Source: an uncultured Phycisphaerales bacterium (lineage in GTDB: Bacteria; Planctomycetota; Phycisphaerae; Tepidisphaerales; Tepidisphaeraceae). Taken from it: a DNA stretch of 64,000 nucleotides. The DNA lies in assembly GCA_963755915.1 (NCBI GenBank), contig CAVWLP010000002.1, forward strand, positions 3,904,001 through 3,968,000, written 5' to 3'. The position numbers were made by a program, and so were the translations under genes. Of this stretch, positions 51,276-61,914 are shown piece by piece. Position 1 is the first letter of the stretch. Every line of letters begins with the position of its first letter. The notes below the pieces were generated by a model that was not told where the DNA came from, ran no database searches, and was given only the letters and a program-made list of their open reading frames with translations.

Positions 51276-51996
51276 ACAGCAGGACATGCGCGGCGATGAT
51301 GGGAATGAGACGGCGGGTGCTGAATTCGTTCCAGTGCTGGAGGATTTCCAGGCCACCAAACAGGCGGCGGCTGCGGTCGACGCGTTTAAGAGCGTCGTTA
51401 TCGGTGGAAGCGCCGCTCTGATAGGCGAAGGAGGGGTAGAGGGCATAGATGCCTTCGTTGCCGGTGGAGCGCAGGAAATCGTCGAATGAGACGCCGGCGT
51501 AGGGCGCTTCGACGAGTTTCTGGGCGAAATCGCGGCGGATGACGTAACCGTGGGCGAGGCAGCGGTAGGCGATTTTGACGACGGAGGGATAGGCGGTTTT
51601 TCGAGAGGAATTGACGAAGCAGCCGAAGAAGAAGAGTCGCCAGTTGGGATCGGCGTGCATGAATTGCACGGCGCGGCGGAGGCGTTTGACGGAGAAGCGC
51701 TTGAAGAGGATATCGTCCTCAAAGACGACGATTTTGTTTGCGCCGGCGGCGAGACCCTGGCGAAGGCAGGCAAGATGGGATTCGAAGATGCCGCGTTCGC
51801 TGTCGGTGAGGTCTTTGTCGGCGATGACAAATTCAACTTTTGACGCCAGCCCGACGCGCTGGAATTCGGCTTTGGCGCTTTGCAGGCGGTCCGGGCGCTG
51901 GGCGAGGGAGATGCAGTATATTTTTTCGAAAGAGTTCCAGGGACAGTTGGAGGTATTTTGCTGTGCGGAAGCCGGCTGAAGGGTTGAGAGGGTCAC
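51232..51996 (-). CDS. glycosyltransferase family 25
   Basis: IYCISLAQRPDR, GIFESH, VFEDD, AHGYVI; start uncertain. Confidence 0.8.
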   Translation of the reverse strand: MTLSTLQPASAQQNTSNCPWNSFEKIYCISLAQRPDRLQSAKAEFQRVGLASKVEFVIADKDLTDSERGIFESHLACLRQGLAAGANKIVVFEDDILFKRFSVKRLRRAVQFMHADPNWRLFFFGCFVNSSRKTAYPSVVKIAYRCLAHGYVIRRDFAQKLVEAPYAGVSFDDFLRSTGNEGIYALYPSFAYQSGASTDNDALKRVDRSRRLFGGLEILQHWNEFSTRRLIPIIAAHVLLFIAVILFLLRHRLP

Positions 51997-52040
51997 TTTT
52001 TCTTCCCTAAGCCCATGGAGCGCTGCGACTGAATCGGCTA

Positions 52041-52463
52041 TTGTGCCGATGGGAAATTTTACACGTGAATCAGACGCTGTACAAGATCGGGCTGCGTCTG
52101 TCGCAAACGAATTATGTGCGGCAGGCGATCGAAGACCGCGCAGATCTGATGGAATTCCGCAAGCGGCCAACGCTTCGGATTCTTGGGGGGATGTTTTTCA
52201 TCGGGTTGAGCTTTGCGATGTGCTGGCCGGTGATCATTCCATTGGAGGGTCTGGCGGTCTATTTGCGGCGATCGTGGCCGTTGATATTGGCGGGGGTTAT
52301 TTATTTTTCGTCGCACGGGATGTTCATGGCAGGGATGCTTTTGTGCGGGGAGAAATATACGCGGATCACGCTGCGATGGGCGACGCGGTGCGGGGTTGAG
52401 CGACTGCTTCAGTTTGGGGAGAAGCGCAAGCCGGCCGAGGCTGAGCGCGGTGGGTCAGCCTGA
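52041..52463 (+). CDS. hypothetical membrane protein
   Basis: 140-aa ORF with two hydrophobic segments. Confidence 0.55.
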   Translation: MCRWEILHVNQTLYKIGLRLSQTNYVRQAIEDRADLMEFRKRPTLRILGGMFFIGLSFAMCWPVIIPLEGLAVYLRRSWPLILAGVIYFSSHGMFMAGMLLCGEKYTRITLRWATRCGVERLLQFGEKRKPAEAERGGSA

Positions 52464-53375
52464 AGTTTGCGGCTTCTTCCACAGGTCATAGAAATTGTAG
52501 AATTGCCAGGGGTAATCCTTCGTGAATTGCTCGATGGCATCCGCAAACTGCTGGGCGTAGGGGGCGTAGTCGGCCGGCTTTCGGCCGAGATTGGGCGGGA
52601 CTTCGATGATTTTCAGGACCCGCAATTCATAGGAGCGGGGGCTGGTTTTGGGGGCGGCCATAACCAGCACCGGGCATTCCGTCGCGGAGGCGAGGCGATA
52701 GGGGGTTACGGGGAGCATCACAGTGTCGCCGAGGAATTTTGCGGGAACGGTGTTCTGGTCGTTGCCGAAGATGCGGTCGCCCATCATGGTGACGATTTCG
52801 CCGCGGAGCAGCGCGTTGGTCATTTCCACAACCCCGGCAATGCCGGAGCGAGGGTCGATCATGGCGGCGGCCTGGGGTTTGAGAAGCATTGGCGCGTGAG
52901 TTTCGGGGATCATGACGATCGAGACGTGCTTGGGGAACTGCGTGAGTGCGGCAAGGCCGAGCTGAAAACAGCCGACGTGGGCATGGATAAGGACGAAACC
53001 TTTCGGCTGGGAGCAGAGCTGGATAAGGCGGTCGTGTTCGGGGGCAGTGGCGGAAATGGCAGAGGGGCCGAGGACTTCGAGGACAACCATGTCGACGAGG
53101 GTGGCGGCGTGAGTGCGGACGAGGCGGTAGTCATCGAGAAATCGGCGGAGCAATCCTTTACGCTCTGGGAAGCGGCGATTGAGGTAGTGGCGGCAGCGAC
53201 GGCGAATCGAGGGATAGAAGAGGACGTACCAGAAGGCAACGATGAGGGCGATGTGGTAGCCGCGCGCGCGGCCGCCGAAGCGGATGAGCCGGTGGAAGAA
53301 CCGGGTCTGCCACTTGAGTCCGATTCCGGGCTGGGCCCATGCCGAGGGTGAGGGGGTGTTGAGGGTGGAGGACAT
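52455..53375 (-). CDS. LpxL/LpxP-like acyltransferase
   Basis: AHVGCFQ, MMGDR, YPWQFYNFYDLW. Confidence 0.85.
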   Translation of the reverse strand: MSSTLNTPSPSAWAQPGIGLKWQTRFFHRLIRFGGRARGYHIALIVAFWYVLFYPSIRRRCRHYLNRRFPERKGLLRRFLDDYRLVRTHAATLVDMVVLEVLGPSAISATAPEHDRLIQLCSQPKGFVLIHAHVGCFQLGLAALTQFPKHVSIVMIPETHAPMLLKPQAAAMIDPRSGIAGVVEMTNALLRGEIVTMMGDRIFGNDQNTVPAKFLGDTVMLPVTPYRLASATECPVLVMAAPKTSPRSYELRVLKIIEVPPNLGRKPADYAPYAQQFADAIEQFTKDYPWQFYNFYDLWKKPQTSG

Positions 53376-53510
53376 GGACTGGGAGCGGATCGTACTCGAT
53401 GAAATGTGGTCGTTGCGAGTGGTGAGTTGCGTGTTGCGAGTGAAATACAGGTAATCTTGTTTTGGCGTTGCTCGACCTGTAAACTTTTCGCGGGTCAATG
53501 AGGTAACTTG

Positions 53511-53771
53511 ATGACAGATGCAGAGTTGATTCAAGCTGTTAACGACGTGTTTGCCGATTCGTTTGAAATACCTCGCGAGAAGCTGGCGCCCGAAGCGCAG
53601 ATTTTCGGCGATTTGGGGCTGGACAGCCTGGACGTGGTGGATTTAGTGGCCGCTATCCAGAAGCGGTTTAACGTCCAGGTTCGGGATGATGAGCGGATTC
53701 GATCGATTCGCAGCCTTCAGGATTTGTACAATTACCTGATCATGATCCGCAACGAGCAGAAGAAGGGCTGA
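53511..53771 (+). CDS. acyl carrier protein
   Basis: GAGG RBS; DLGLDSLD phosphopantetheine site. Confidence 0.92.
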   Translation: MTDAELIQAVNDVFADSFEIPREKLAPEAQIFGDLGLDSLDVVDLVAAIQKRFNVQVRDDERIRSIRSLQDLYNYLIMIRNEQKKG

Positions 53772-53777
53772 GACGCG

Positions 53778-54590
53778 ATGGACGCGCGGCCTGGGCAACC
53801 CCAGAGGATTTTTTGGCGGCTGGAGACGGCGGCGCTGAACGTGCTGTTCTGGTGCCTGTTTCCGTTTTGGACGGCGCTGCTGGTGGTGGTGGGGCTGCCG
53901 TATTACTACGCATTCAGATTGCTGACGCGGAATCCCCGGCGGTCGGTGTGGGTCATACGGCGGACGATCACCCATTATGGAAGGCTGGTCATCCGTTCGG
54001 GGTGGCCGTTCGTAAGGGTGAAGTATGTGGACTTGGCGCCGGATGAGCGTCCGCCGTGGGTGTTTGTCGCGAATCATCGGTCGACGTCGGATGCGTTTTT
54101 GATGTCGGTGTTGCCGGGCGAATGCGTGCAGGTGCTGAATATCTGGACCTCTCGGCTGTATATCGTGAACCGGCTTTCGCGGCTGGGCGAGTATTTGCGC
54201 GTGAAGGAGATTTCCTTCGAGCAGTTCATGGAGCAGGGAGTGGCATTGCTGACCGCGGGGGTGTCGGTGATTGCGTTTCCAGAGGGGACGCGTTCGGGGT
54301 CGCGGCAGATGGGGCCGTTCCATGGGGCAATTTTCCGGGTTGCCCAGAAGGCGGGGGTGAAGGTTTGTCCGATCGCGATTTCGGGGAGCGAGGAGATTCC
54401 TCACAAAGGGTCGCTGGTGATGCATGCGGGGAAAATCACCATAACCAAACTTCCTTCGCTGACGGCGGAGCAGTATCACGGTATGAATGCATTTCAGCTC
54501 AAGATGCGGGCGCACGACATCATCGACAAATACCTGGACCCGCGTCCGGAGCTTGCGGCTCGTCCGGAACTCGATCCGCAGCCGATTTAG
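53778..54590 (+). CDS. 1-acyl-sn-glycerol-3-phosphate acyltransferase (PlsC-like)
   Basis: NHRSTSD, FPEGTRS. Confidence 0.9.
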   Translation: MDARPGQPQRIFWRLETAALNVLFWCLFPFWTALLVVVGLPYYYAFRLLTRNPRRSVWVIRRTITHYGRLVIRSGWPFVRVKYVDLAPDERPPWVFVANHRSTSDAFLMSVLPGECVQVLNIWTSRLYIVNRLSRLGEYLRVKEISFEQFMEQGVALLTAGVSVIAFPEGTRSGSRQMGPFHGAIFRVAQKAGVKVCPIAISGSEEIPHKGSLVMHAGKITITKLPSLTAEQYHGMNAFQLKMRAHDIIDKYLDPRPELAARPELDPQPI

Positions 54591-54644
54591 GCAGCGAAAC
54601 AATGATTAACCGCTGGCTGCGCTAGAGATCGCCGAGAGCGCAGA

Positions 54645-56105
54645 GTGGTGATACTACTGAAAGCAGGTTTGGAATTGGCCGGTGATTGTTCAATTCGAGT
54701 GGGCGGCATCGGGTTTTCACGCGAGGAGATCGAGGCCTGCGCGGCCCGGCGGGGATTGCTTTCGATTGAGCTGGATTTGTCTGGGGAGAGGTGTGAGTGC
54801 GCGGCGTGCCTTGCCAATCCGGCGGCGGACCGGAGTCCGCTGACGGTGATTGAGATCGCGGATTTGCTGCAACAGGCGCAGAAGGAGGGGGCGCGCAGGG
54901 TGATTTTTTGCGATGCGGGGGAGACTTCGCATCCGGCGCTGCAGCAGATGATCGATTCGGCCCGGCACATGGGAATGGAAGTGGAATTGTTTGCGTATTC
55001 GACGCCGATGAATTCCTCGATGGCGGCGTTTTTGCTGGAGCGGAATGTTTCGGTGGTGCTGCGGAGCGAAAATACTGAAGCCGTGGAAGCACTGAGGGGG
55101 GTTGGATATGGGCAGGAGGGTGGGCCGAGGCTGGCGGCAGCGATTTGGGTCTCGGAGGGGAATATTGGGGAAGTGACGAAGGTATGGCGGTGGGCTCGGG
55201 AGCGAGGGATTGAGCCGTATGTGCAGATTATCAAGCCGAAGAGCAACGGGGCGGGGAGCGTCGTTTCGCCGGATCGGGCGAAGGCGCTTTTCGAAGAGCT
55301 GGGGCGGATTGATCTGGAGGAGTTTGGGAAGACGTGGGAGAAGCCGGCGGCGCTGGTTGGCCGATCGTGCAAGCGGCATCAGTTTGCGTGTCACGTGACG
55401 GCATGCGGGACGATTTTCGCCTGCGTGGGGGTGACGATTCCGCTGGGGAATGTGCGAGGCGAATCGCTCCATGAGATTCTGGAATTGAGCGAGGTGCTCG
55501 AGAATTTGCGGGCGTATCCGGAGAAGATCAAGGAGCCTTGCCGGACGTGCTCGAAATCGACGGATTGCTACGGGTGCCGGGGGGCGGCGTATCAACTGAC
55601 TGGGGATTACCTGGCCGCGGACCAGATGTGCTGGAAGATCAACGGCCAGGCCGTGGAGCGGCTGCCGATCGCGGCGGCGGGGCTGGTGCCGCATGGGAAG
55701 TCGATGCGGATGGTGGATGAGCTGATCGACGTGGGGGAAAGGACGGCCAAGACGATTTTCACCGTGCGCGAGGATTGCGTGCTGGTGGATGCGAGCGGGA
55801 GGCTCGATGAGCTGGCCTTTGTGGAGATGATCGCGCAGTCGTTCGCGCTGTGTCATGGGTATCACCTGAGCGAGGACGAGCGATTGCGGCACAGGGGGCT
55901 GCTGTTGGGAGTGAAAGAACTGAACGTGGCGTCGGAAGCGCGCGTGGGAGATCGGCTGACGATCCATTTGAGAAAGGTCACGCGATTTGGGGCTTTCGGC
56001 GTAGTCGAGGGGGACGTTTTCCGCGATGATGGAACGCTCGTGGCAAGCGGACAGGTGAAAATCTGGCGGCCGGGCGACGAGATCGCCGCGGAAATGGGAC
56101 TATGA
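54645..56105 (+). CDS. degenerate radical SAM-SPASM domain fused to a hotdog-fold dehydratase-like domain
   Basis: CECAAC in place of CX3CX2C; SPASM cysteines (CRTCSKSTDCYGCR); C-terminal LVPHGKSMRMVDEL...EMIAQ. Confidence 0.78.
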   Translation: MVILLKAGLELAGDCSIRVGGIGFSREEIEACAARRGLLSIELDLSGERCECAACLANPAADRSPLTVIEIADLLQQAQKEGARRVIFCDAGETSHPALQQMIDSARHMGMEVELFAYSTPMNSSMAAFLLERNVSVVLRSENTEAVEALRGVGYGQEGGPRLAAAIWVSEGNIGEVTKVWRWARERGIEPYVQIIKPKSNGAGSVVSPDRAKALFEELGRIDLEEFGKTWEKPAALVGRSCKRHQFACHVTACGTIFACVGVTIPLGNVRGESLHEILELSEVLENLRAYPEKIKEPCRTCSKSTDCYGCRGAAYQLTGDYLAADQMCWKINGQAVERLPIAAAGLVPHGKSMRMVDELIDVGERTAKTIFTVREDCVLVDASGRLDELAFVEMIAQSFALCHGYHLSEDERLRHRGLLLGVKELNVASEARVGDRLTIHLRKVTRFGAFGVVEGDVFRDDGTLVASGQVKIWRPGDEIAAEMGL

Positions 56106-56839
56106 AATCCAGAATATCTCACGCAGAGGCGCAAAGGCGCAGAGAGAAGATTGGACTTTGCATCTCCTCTGCGCCTCTGCGCCTCTGCGTGAGATTTTGT
56201 TTCTTCGCGCTGCTGATTGGGTATTGCAGGGGAGCTTTCGCGCAAACAACCCAGCCAGCGACGCGGGCTTCGATGGAGATTATTCAGGGGGTGCAGCAGC
56301 ACCTGAAGGGGATTGCATCCGTTGAGGCGGATTTCAATGAAGAAAAAAAGCTGGCGATGCTCGATCATACGCTGAACATCGACGGGCATATGGCGCTTGA
56401 GAAGCCGGATCGGCTGATCTGGATTGTGCGCGATCCGGTGAAGTATGCGGTGCGGATTGCCGGGGATGAGGTTTCGCAGTGGGATGAGGATACAAACCAG
56501 GTGCAGACGGTGCATCTGGGGGGCGATCCAACGTTTAAGGCGATTACGCAGCAGATGCAGGCGTGGTTTCTGGGGGATTACAAGGCGCTGGGGGACAGTT
56601 ATGACGTTTATGTGAATTCCAATCAGCCGCTTTCGCTGGGGTTTGTGCCCAATGGCAGCATGATGGTTTCGAAGCTGATCAAGCGGATCGATCTGACGTT
56701 CGGCGCGGATGAAAGCTACATCGATACGATGGTGATTTCCGAGGCCAGCGGGGATGTGACGACGTTGAAGTTTTCGGGGACGCGGGTGAATCAGCCGGTC
56801 TCGGGGGACATCTGGGAGATGCCGCCGCATGCGCCATGA
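56102..56839 (+). CDS. LolA-like outer-membrane lipoprotein carrier
   Basis: ADFNEEK...GHMALEKPDRLIW...P; the N-terminus contains a palindromic insert. Confidence 0.85.
   Translation: MKSRISHAEAQRRREKIGLCISSAPLRLCVRFCFFALLIGYCRGAFAQTTQPATRASMEIIQGVQQHLKGIASVEADFNEEKKLAMLDHTLNIDGHMALEKPDRLIWIVRDPVKYAVRIAGDEVSQWDEDTNQVQTVHLGGDPTFKAITQQMQAWFLGDYKALGDSYDVYVNSNQPLSLGFVPNGSMMVSKLIKRIDLTFGADESYIDTMVISEASGDVTTLKFSGTRVNQPVSGDIWEMPPHAP
56116..56195. repeat. 29-bp inverted repeat (1 mismatch) inside the lolA-like 5' end
   Basis: ATCTCACGCAGAGGCGCAAAGGCGCAGAG (56116..56144) versus 56167..56195. Confidence 0.85.
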
Positions 56840-59278
56840 TGAAAGCGACGCGCGCCAAAAGCGATGGATGATCGTGGGCATCGTGATCGCGGTGCTGGTT
56901 TCGATTGCGGGGTGGTTTCGGCTGAGGCTCGACAATTCGCTGGAGCCGTTGCTCCCCGAGCATAGCCCGGCCCGGCAGACGATTTTATTTTTACGCGATT
57001 CAAGTTTTGCCACCAAGGCGGTTTTGTGGTTTCGACTGACCGGGGATGGGGATCCTTCGGATCTATACCGGGCGGCGGATGAGGTTGAGAAGAAGCTGGA
57101 TCCGAACCTGATCAAGGGCGTCGTGCATCCACCGCCGGCGGCGGGGGCGATGGAGGAAGCGCTGGCGATGCTGGGGAATGCGGGGGAATTGCTGACCACC
57201 GACGACCTGGCGGACATGCAGGCGCAGATGGAGCCGGCGGCGCTGAAGAAGCGGATGCGAGAGTGTTATCTGCAATTGGTCAAGCCGGAGAGTTCGTTTT
57301 ACACGCAGATCCTGCCGCGCGATCCGCTGGGGATCAGCGAGCGGGTTTTGCCGCGGATGCTGGCACTGGTGCAGGGGCTGGGGTACCGCGTGCAGGTGAA
57401 GGACGGGCGGCTGCTTCACGAAGACGGCCGGCAATTGATGATGGTCCTGGAGACCAAAGCATCGGCGACCAGCCTGGAGAGTTCCAAGGCCCTCGCCGAC
57501 CATCTGGAAAAGATCGCCGGCGAGGCCCCGCCGGGCGTGCAGATTATTCCCATCTGCGGGCAGATTCACACCGAGCAGAACGACCAGTTGATGGAGCACG
57601 ATTTTCATATCGCCGGCGCGATCAACACGGCGGCGTTTATCCTCCTCTTTTTCCTGGTGTCGCGAGATTTCCGCGTCGCGGCGGTTTTTCTTCTGCCGCT
57701 GATCACGACCGGGATCACCATCGGCTGGTGCGCGCTGGTCTACCCGCATCTGTCGACGATGATGATCGCGCTGGCGGTGACGATGGCGGGTAGCGCAGTG
57801 GATTATGGGATTTATGTTTATACGGCGGTGACGCTGGGTCGCGATCCGAAAGCGGACGTGCGGCGGATTTTCAGGCCGCTGATCATCAGCCACCTGACCA
57901 CGCTGGGAGTTTTCGTCGCATTTTTCTTTTCCCGCATACCCGCGTTTCGGCAACTGGGTTGTCTGACGAGCATTTCGCTGGTGATGTCGCTTCTGGCGGC
58001 GATTTTTATTTTGCCCAGGATGATCCGGCCCGGAGGGAAGGTGATGCTGCTGGGGAGGGGAATGCCGCTGACGCAATGGGGGAAATATATGCTCACGCCG
58101 ACGGTTATCGGGGCGCTGATCCTGGTGGCGGTGGTGGTGATCGCCGTGCGGATTCGGATTGATCCCGACGTGACGCGGCTGGATGGCGTCAGCCAGCAGG
58201 TCAAGCGGAATGAAAGCGATTTTCAGAAGATGTGGGGCCGCAACGATAAGGAGCTGGCGATTTTGGCGGTCAGTGGCCCCACGCGCGAGGCGGCGGAGGA
58301 GGCGAATGACCAGATTTATGCATCCGTTGCGCCGCAGTTTGGGGAGGGGAAATTCGTTTCGCTGAGCGGGTTCTGGCCGTCGGAGAAGACGCGGCGCAGA
58401 ATCTGGCGCGATGGGAGGCGTTCTGGTCGCCGCAACGGGTGGCGAAATTCAGGGCCGATCTGGAGGCGGCGGGGAAGTCGTATGGATTTTCGGCGCAAGC
58501 TTTTCAGCCGTTTTTTGAGAGCTTGGCGCATCCCCCTTCCGTCGCGGAATCAGGGGCGATTGTGGAGACGATCGGGGATCAATTCATTGCCCGATCCGGG
58601 GATCAGTATCAGATTCTGAATTATTTCGAGGATTCGCCTGACAATGTGACCAAGGCGCGGGGGCTGATCGCCGGCCGGGATGATGCGGAGGTGGTCTCGC
58701 GGGTGGCGCTGGGTCAGGCGTTTGCGGAGTCGGCGGTGTCGGAGACGAAAATCCTGGTGACGGTGAGCGTGATTTTTATCGCGGGGTCGCTGCTGATTTT
58801 GACGCGCAGCGTGAGGAAATCGGCGATCATCATGTTTCCCGCGGGAGTCGGCGTGGCCGTGATGCTGGCGACGCTGGTGGTGACCTCGCTGTCTATGACC
58901 GTGGTAAGCGTGGTCGCGGCGATTCTGGTGCTCGCACTGGGGAGCGATTATGGAACATTTTCGGAATTCGCGTGGGACAATCGTGAGCCGGTGCTGGGGC
59001 AGGGGATGGCGTCGATTCTGTTGTCCTTCCTGACGACGCTGGCGGGGGCTGGGGCGATGCTCCTGGCTCGGCATCCGGGACTTTTTCTGGCCGGGGTCAG
59101 TTTGACTTCGGGGCTGGTCGCGGGATTTTTGACCGCTTTCATTATGATTCCGGGGATTAACTTTCTTCGCGAAAAATGGAAGAGCCAGGGTGTAAGCGCA
59201 CTGCGGCCCCCTCCCCAACCCTCCCCCGGGGTACCGGGGGCGGGGGAAGTTGCACCGAAATCCGGGCAGCCGATATGA
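56829..59278 (+). CDS. MMPL/RND family exporter, frameshift near 58400
   Basis: Two TM bundles with AVDYGI and GSDYG motifs; ORFs 56829..58619 and 58439..59278. Confidence 0.88.
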
Positions 59279-59939
59279 GATTCCGGTGGGCGATTCTATT
59301 TTTGATGGCGGGGTGCGCCAGGAGCCTTTTGTACGCGCGCCTTTGCCGGAATTGAACGCGCCTGATCCGCAGTCGATGCGGGCGACGTTTGCACAGACTT
59401 TGCCAAAGCATTTTATTTCCGACGACACGGTGATTATCAATGCGCCCTTTAACCATGACTTCGCATTTCTCGGCGTGCTGGAGGTGAACCGGCCGACCGG
59501 TGAATTTGAATTTGTCGCCCTGAACCAGGTGGGGCTGAAGCTCTTTCAACTGGGGGGGAATTCGCGCGGGGTGCAGGTGCAATACGCGCTGGGGCCGCTC
59601 AAGGACCACCAGGATATTCTGACGGCGATCGGAGAAGATTTTCGGCGGATGTATTTTGACCTGGTGCCCGGCGAAGCGAGCGACATCGACGTCGGGAGCA
59701 GGACGGTGAAATTTAGCGAGAAAACGAGCGGAGGAAGCGTCGAATATCAGTTCGGCGGCGACCCGGCCGTCCTGCTGGAAAAAGGGCAGGGGGGATTTTT
59801 GTTTGGTTGGGAGTGGCGGGTTCAGTATTTTCAGTACAGTTTGCAGAATGGAACTCTTTACCCGCGCGGGATTGTCATGGACAATAGCGATTATCACTAC
59901 CGGATCATCGTGAAGAATCGGGATCGGGAGCTTCGATAA
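59275..59939 (+). CDS. DUF3261-like lipoprotein, frameshift near 59320
   Basis: ATG 59275 gives an MRFRWAILFLMAGC lipobox, which joins ORF 59250..59939. Confidence 0.6.
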
Positions 59940-60319
59940 TGAGCCGCTTGCGCACGGAAATTGGCCGAATGGTGCAGATGGAAAATCGGCCGGGGGGATT
60001 TGGCGCGGTCGTGGAGGTGGATCCGCAGCTTTCGGTTTTTCCGGATCATTTTCGGGACGGGCCGATTTTGCCGGGGATTTGCCTGGTGCAGGCGGTTCTT
60101 GTGGCCGGTGCGGCGCGGCAGGGAGTGGAGGAGATGCGGATCAAAACTCTCAAGACGCTGAAGCTCACCCAGCCGGTGCGGCCCGGGCAGCGGGTGCAGA
60201 TTGATGCGGAGATGATGCCGGGAACAAACGGCGATTTTGTGATCCGAGCGAAGCTGTCGGTCCAGGAGCGCAGGTGCGCGGAGATTTCGCTGGTGGCGGC
60301 GGGGGAGAACGGGAAATGA
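59939..60319 (+). CDS. 3-hydroxyacyl-ACP dehydratase-like (FabZ/ApeI-like)
   Basis: FPDHFRDGPILPGICLV. Confidence 0.85.
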   Translation: MSRLRTEIGRMVQMENRPGGFGAVVEVDPQLSVFPDHFRDGPILPGICLVQAVLVAGAARQGVEEMRIKTLKTLKLTQPVRPGQRVQIDAEMMPGTNGDFVIRAKLSVQERRCAEISLVAAGENGK

Positions 60320-60802
60320 TCCAGTCTCCCCGCCGCAAGCGAGGCGATTATTTTCCGGCGAATCCTGAGTCGCCGCGGGCGCTGATTGTTCGCGTGAAGC
60401 ACCGCGTGCGGTTCAGCGAAGTCGATGCGATGGCGGTGATGTGGCACGGGCGATATGCGCAGCTTTTCGAGCAGGCTAACGAGGAGGTGTGCCGCGCGGT
60501 GGGACTGGGATATGCGGATTTTTATCGGGAGAAGCTTCAGGCGCCGATCGTGCAGTTTCATGTCGATTATTTCGCGCCCACCGTGCTGGGCGAAATCGTG
60601 ACGATCGAGGGGAAACTGCTGTGGAGCGACGGGGCTCGGATTAACATGGAATATGAGGTTTTAAAAGAGAAGGTGGTGGCTGCGCGGGTACACTGTGCAG
60701 ATGTTCGTCGATCGGGAGGGTGTGCCGCTGCTGGCGAGTCCGGCGCTGCTGGAGACGTGCCGGCGGCGCTGGGCGGCGGGTGAATTTGCGGAATTGAAAT
60801 GA
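60316..60802 (+). CDS. acyl-CoA thioesterase (4HBT/FcbC-like), frameshift near 60685
   Basis: VRFSEVDAMAVMWHGRY. Confidence 0.85.
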
Positions 60803-61914
60803 CGCGCGCAGTAATCGGGCAAAGCGATGTGGTGACAGCTTATGGCTGGGGGCTGGATAGCCTCTGGAACGGCGTGATGAGCGGGAGAACCGCGATTACC
60901 CGCACGGCGCGGTTTGCCGAGCGGGGGTTTGTCAGCGATCAGGCGGGGGTGATTCCTGATCTGGCGGATGTGGCGGGGGAGTCGCGCGTCTGGACGATTT
61001 TGCGGAAGTTGCTGGGGCCGATTGCGGGGAAGATCGACGCCGAGACGCCGCTGATTTTTGCCAGCACAGTGGGGGAGATTGAGTTTGTAGAGCGGGCGAT
61101 ACTGGAAAATAAATCAGAGCTGTCCCGGTTTTCTTTGCCCGCCGTTTTGGCGCGGAAGGTCAAGGAGCTTTTGGGGTTGCGCGGGGATGCGATGGCGATG
61201 TCGTCGGCATGTGCTTCGTCGTCGGCGGCAGTGACGCGGGCGGCATCGATCGTGCGAAATGGTAAGGCACGGCAGGTCCTGGTCGTTACCGCGGATGCGG
61301 TTTCGGAGTTTGTTTATTCGGGGTTTTCTTCGCTACTGTCTCTTTCGGCGGGGCCGGCGCGGCCGTTTGATCGGGATCGCTGCGGGCTGACATTGGGGGA
61401 GGCGGCCGGGTATGCCTTGGTGAGTGCGGAGGCGGAGGGGACGGAGATTTTGGGATGGGGGAATACGACGGATGCGATTCACATGACAGCGCCGGATCGC
61501 AATGCGCGGGGGCTGATCCGCGCGATTCAAAAGGCGGTGGGAATGGCGGGAAAATCAGCCGTGGATGTGGGGGTGATCGCCGCGCACGGCACGGCGACGG
61601 TTTACAGTGATGCGATGGAGATGACCGGTTTTCGCGCCAGTGTGCCAGAGCCGCGACCGGTGTTTTCCATCAAGGGTGCCATTGGACATACGCTGGCGGC
61701 AGCGGGATTGACGCAGATTCTGGTGGCGAAGAGAGCGCTGGAACAAGGGATTGCCCCGCCCACCGTCGGTTGTGAATCGGCGGATGACGCGGCGATGGGC
61801 TGGGCGAGTTCGAAGGCCATGCCCCTGGCAAACGCAGGCGTTGCGCTCTCGACGAATTCCGGGTTCGGCGGCGTGAATACGGCGATTCTGCTGGCGAAAG
61901 GGGGGCGGCAATGA
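60799..61914 (+). CDS. beta-ketoacyl synthase
   Basis: SSACASS, AHGTAT, GHTLAAAG, NSGFGG. Confidence 0.9.
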   Translation: MTRAVIGQSDVVTAYGWGLDSLWNGVMSGRTAITRTARFAERGFVSDQAGVIPDLADVAGESRVWTILRKLLGPIAGKIDAETPLIFASTVGEIEFVERAILENKSELSRFSLPAVLARKVKELLGLRGDAMAMSSACASSSAAVTRAASIVRNGKARQVLVVTADAVSEFVYSGFSSLLSLSAGPARPFDRDRCGLTLGEAAGYALVSAEAEGTEILGWGNTTDAIHMTAPDRNARGLIRAIQKAVGMAGKSAVDVGVIAAHGTATVYSDAMEMTGFRASVPEPRPVFSIKGAIGHTLAAAGLTQILVAKRALEQGIAPPTVGCESADDAAMGWASSKAMPLANAGVALSTNSGFGGVNTAILLAKGGRQ

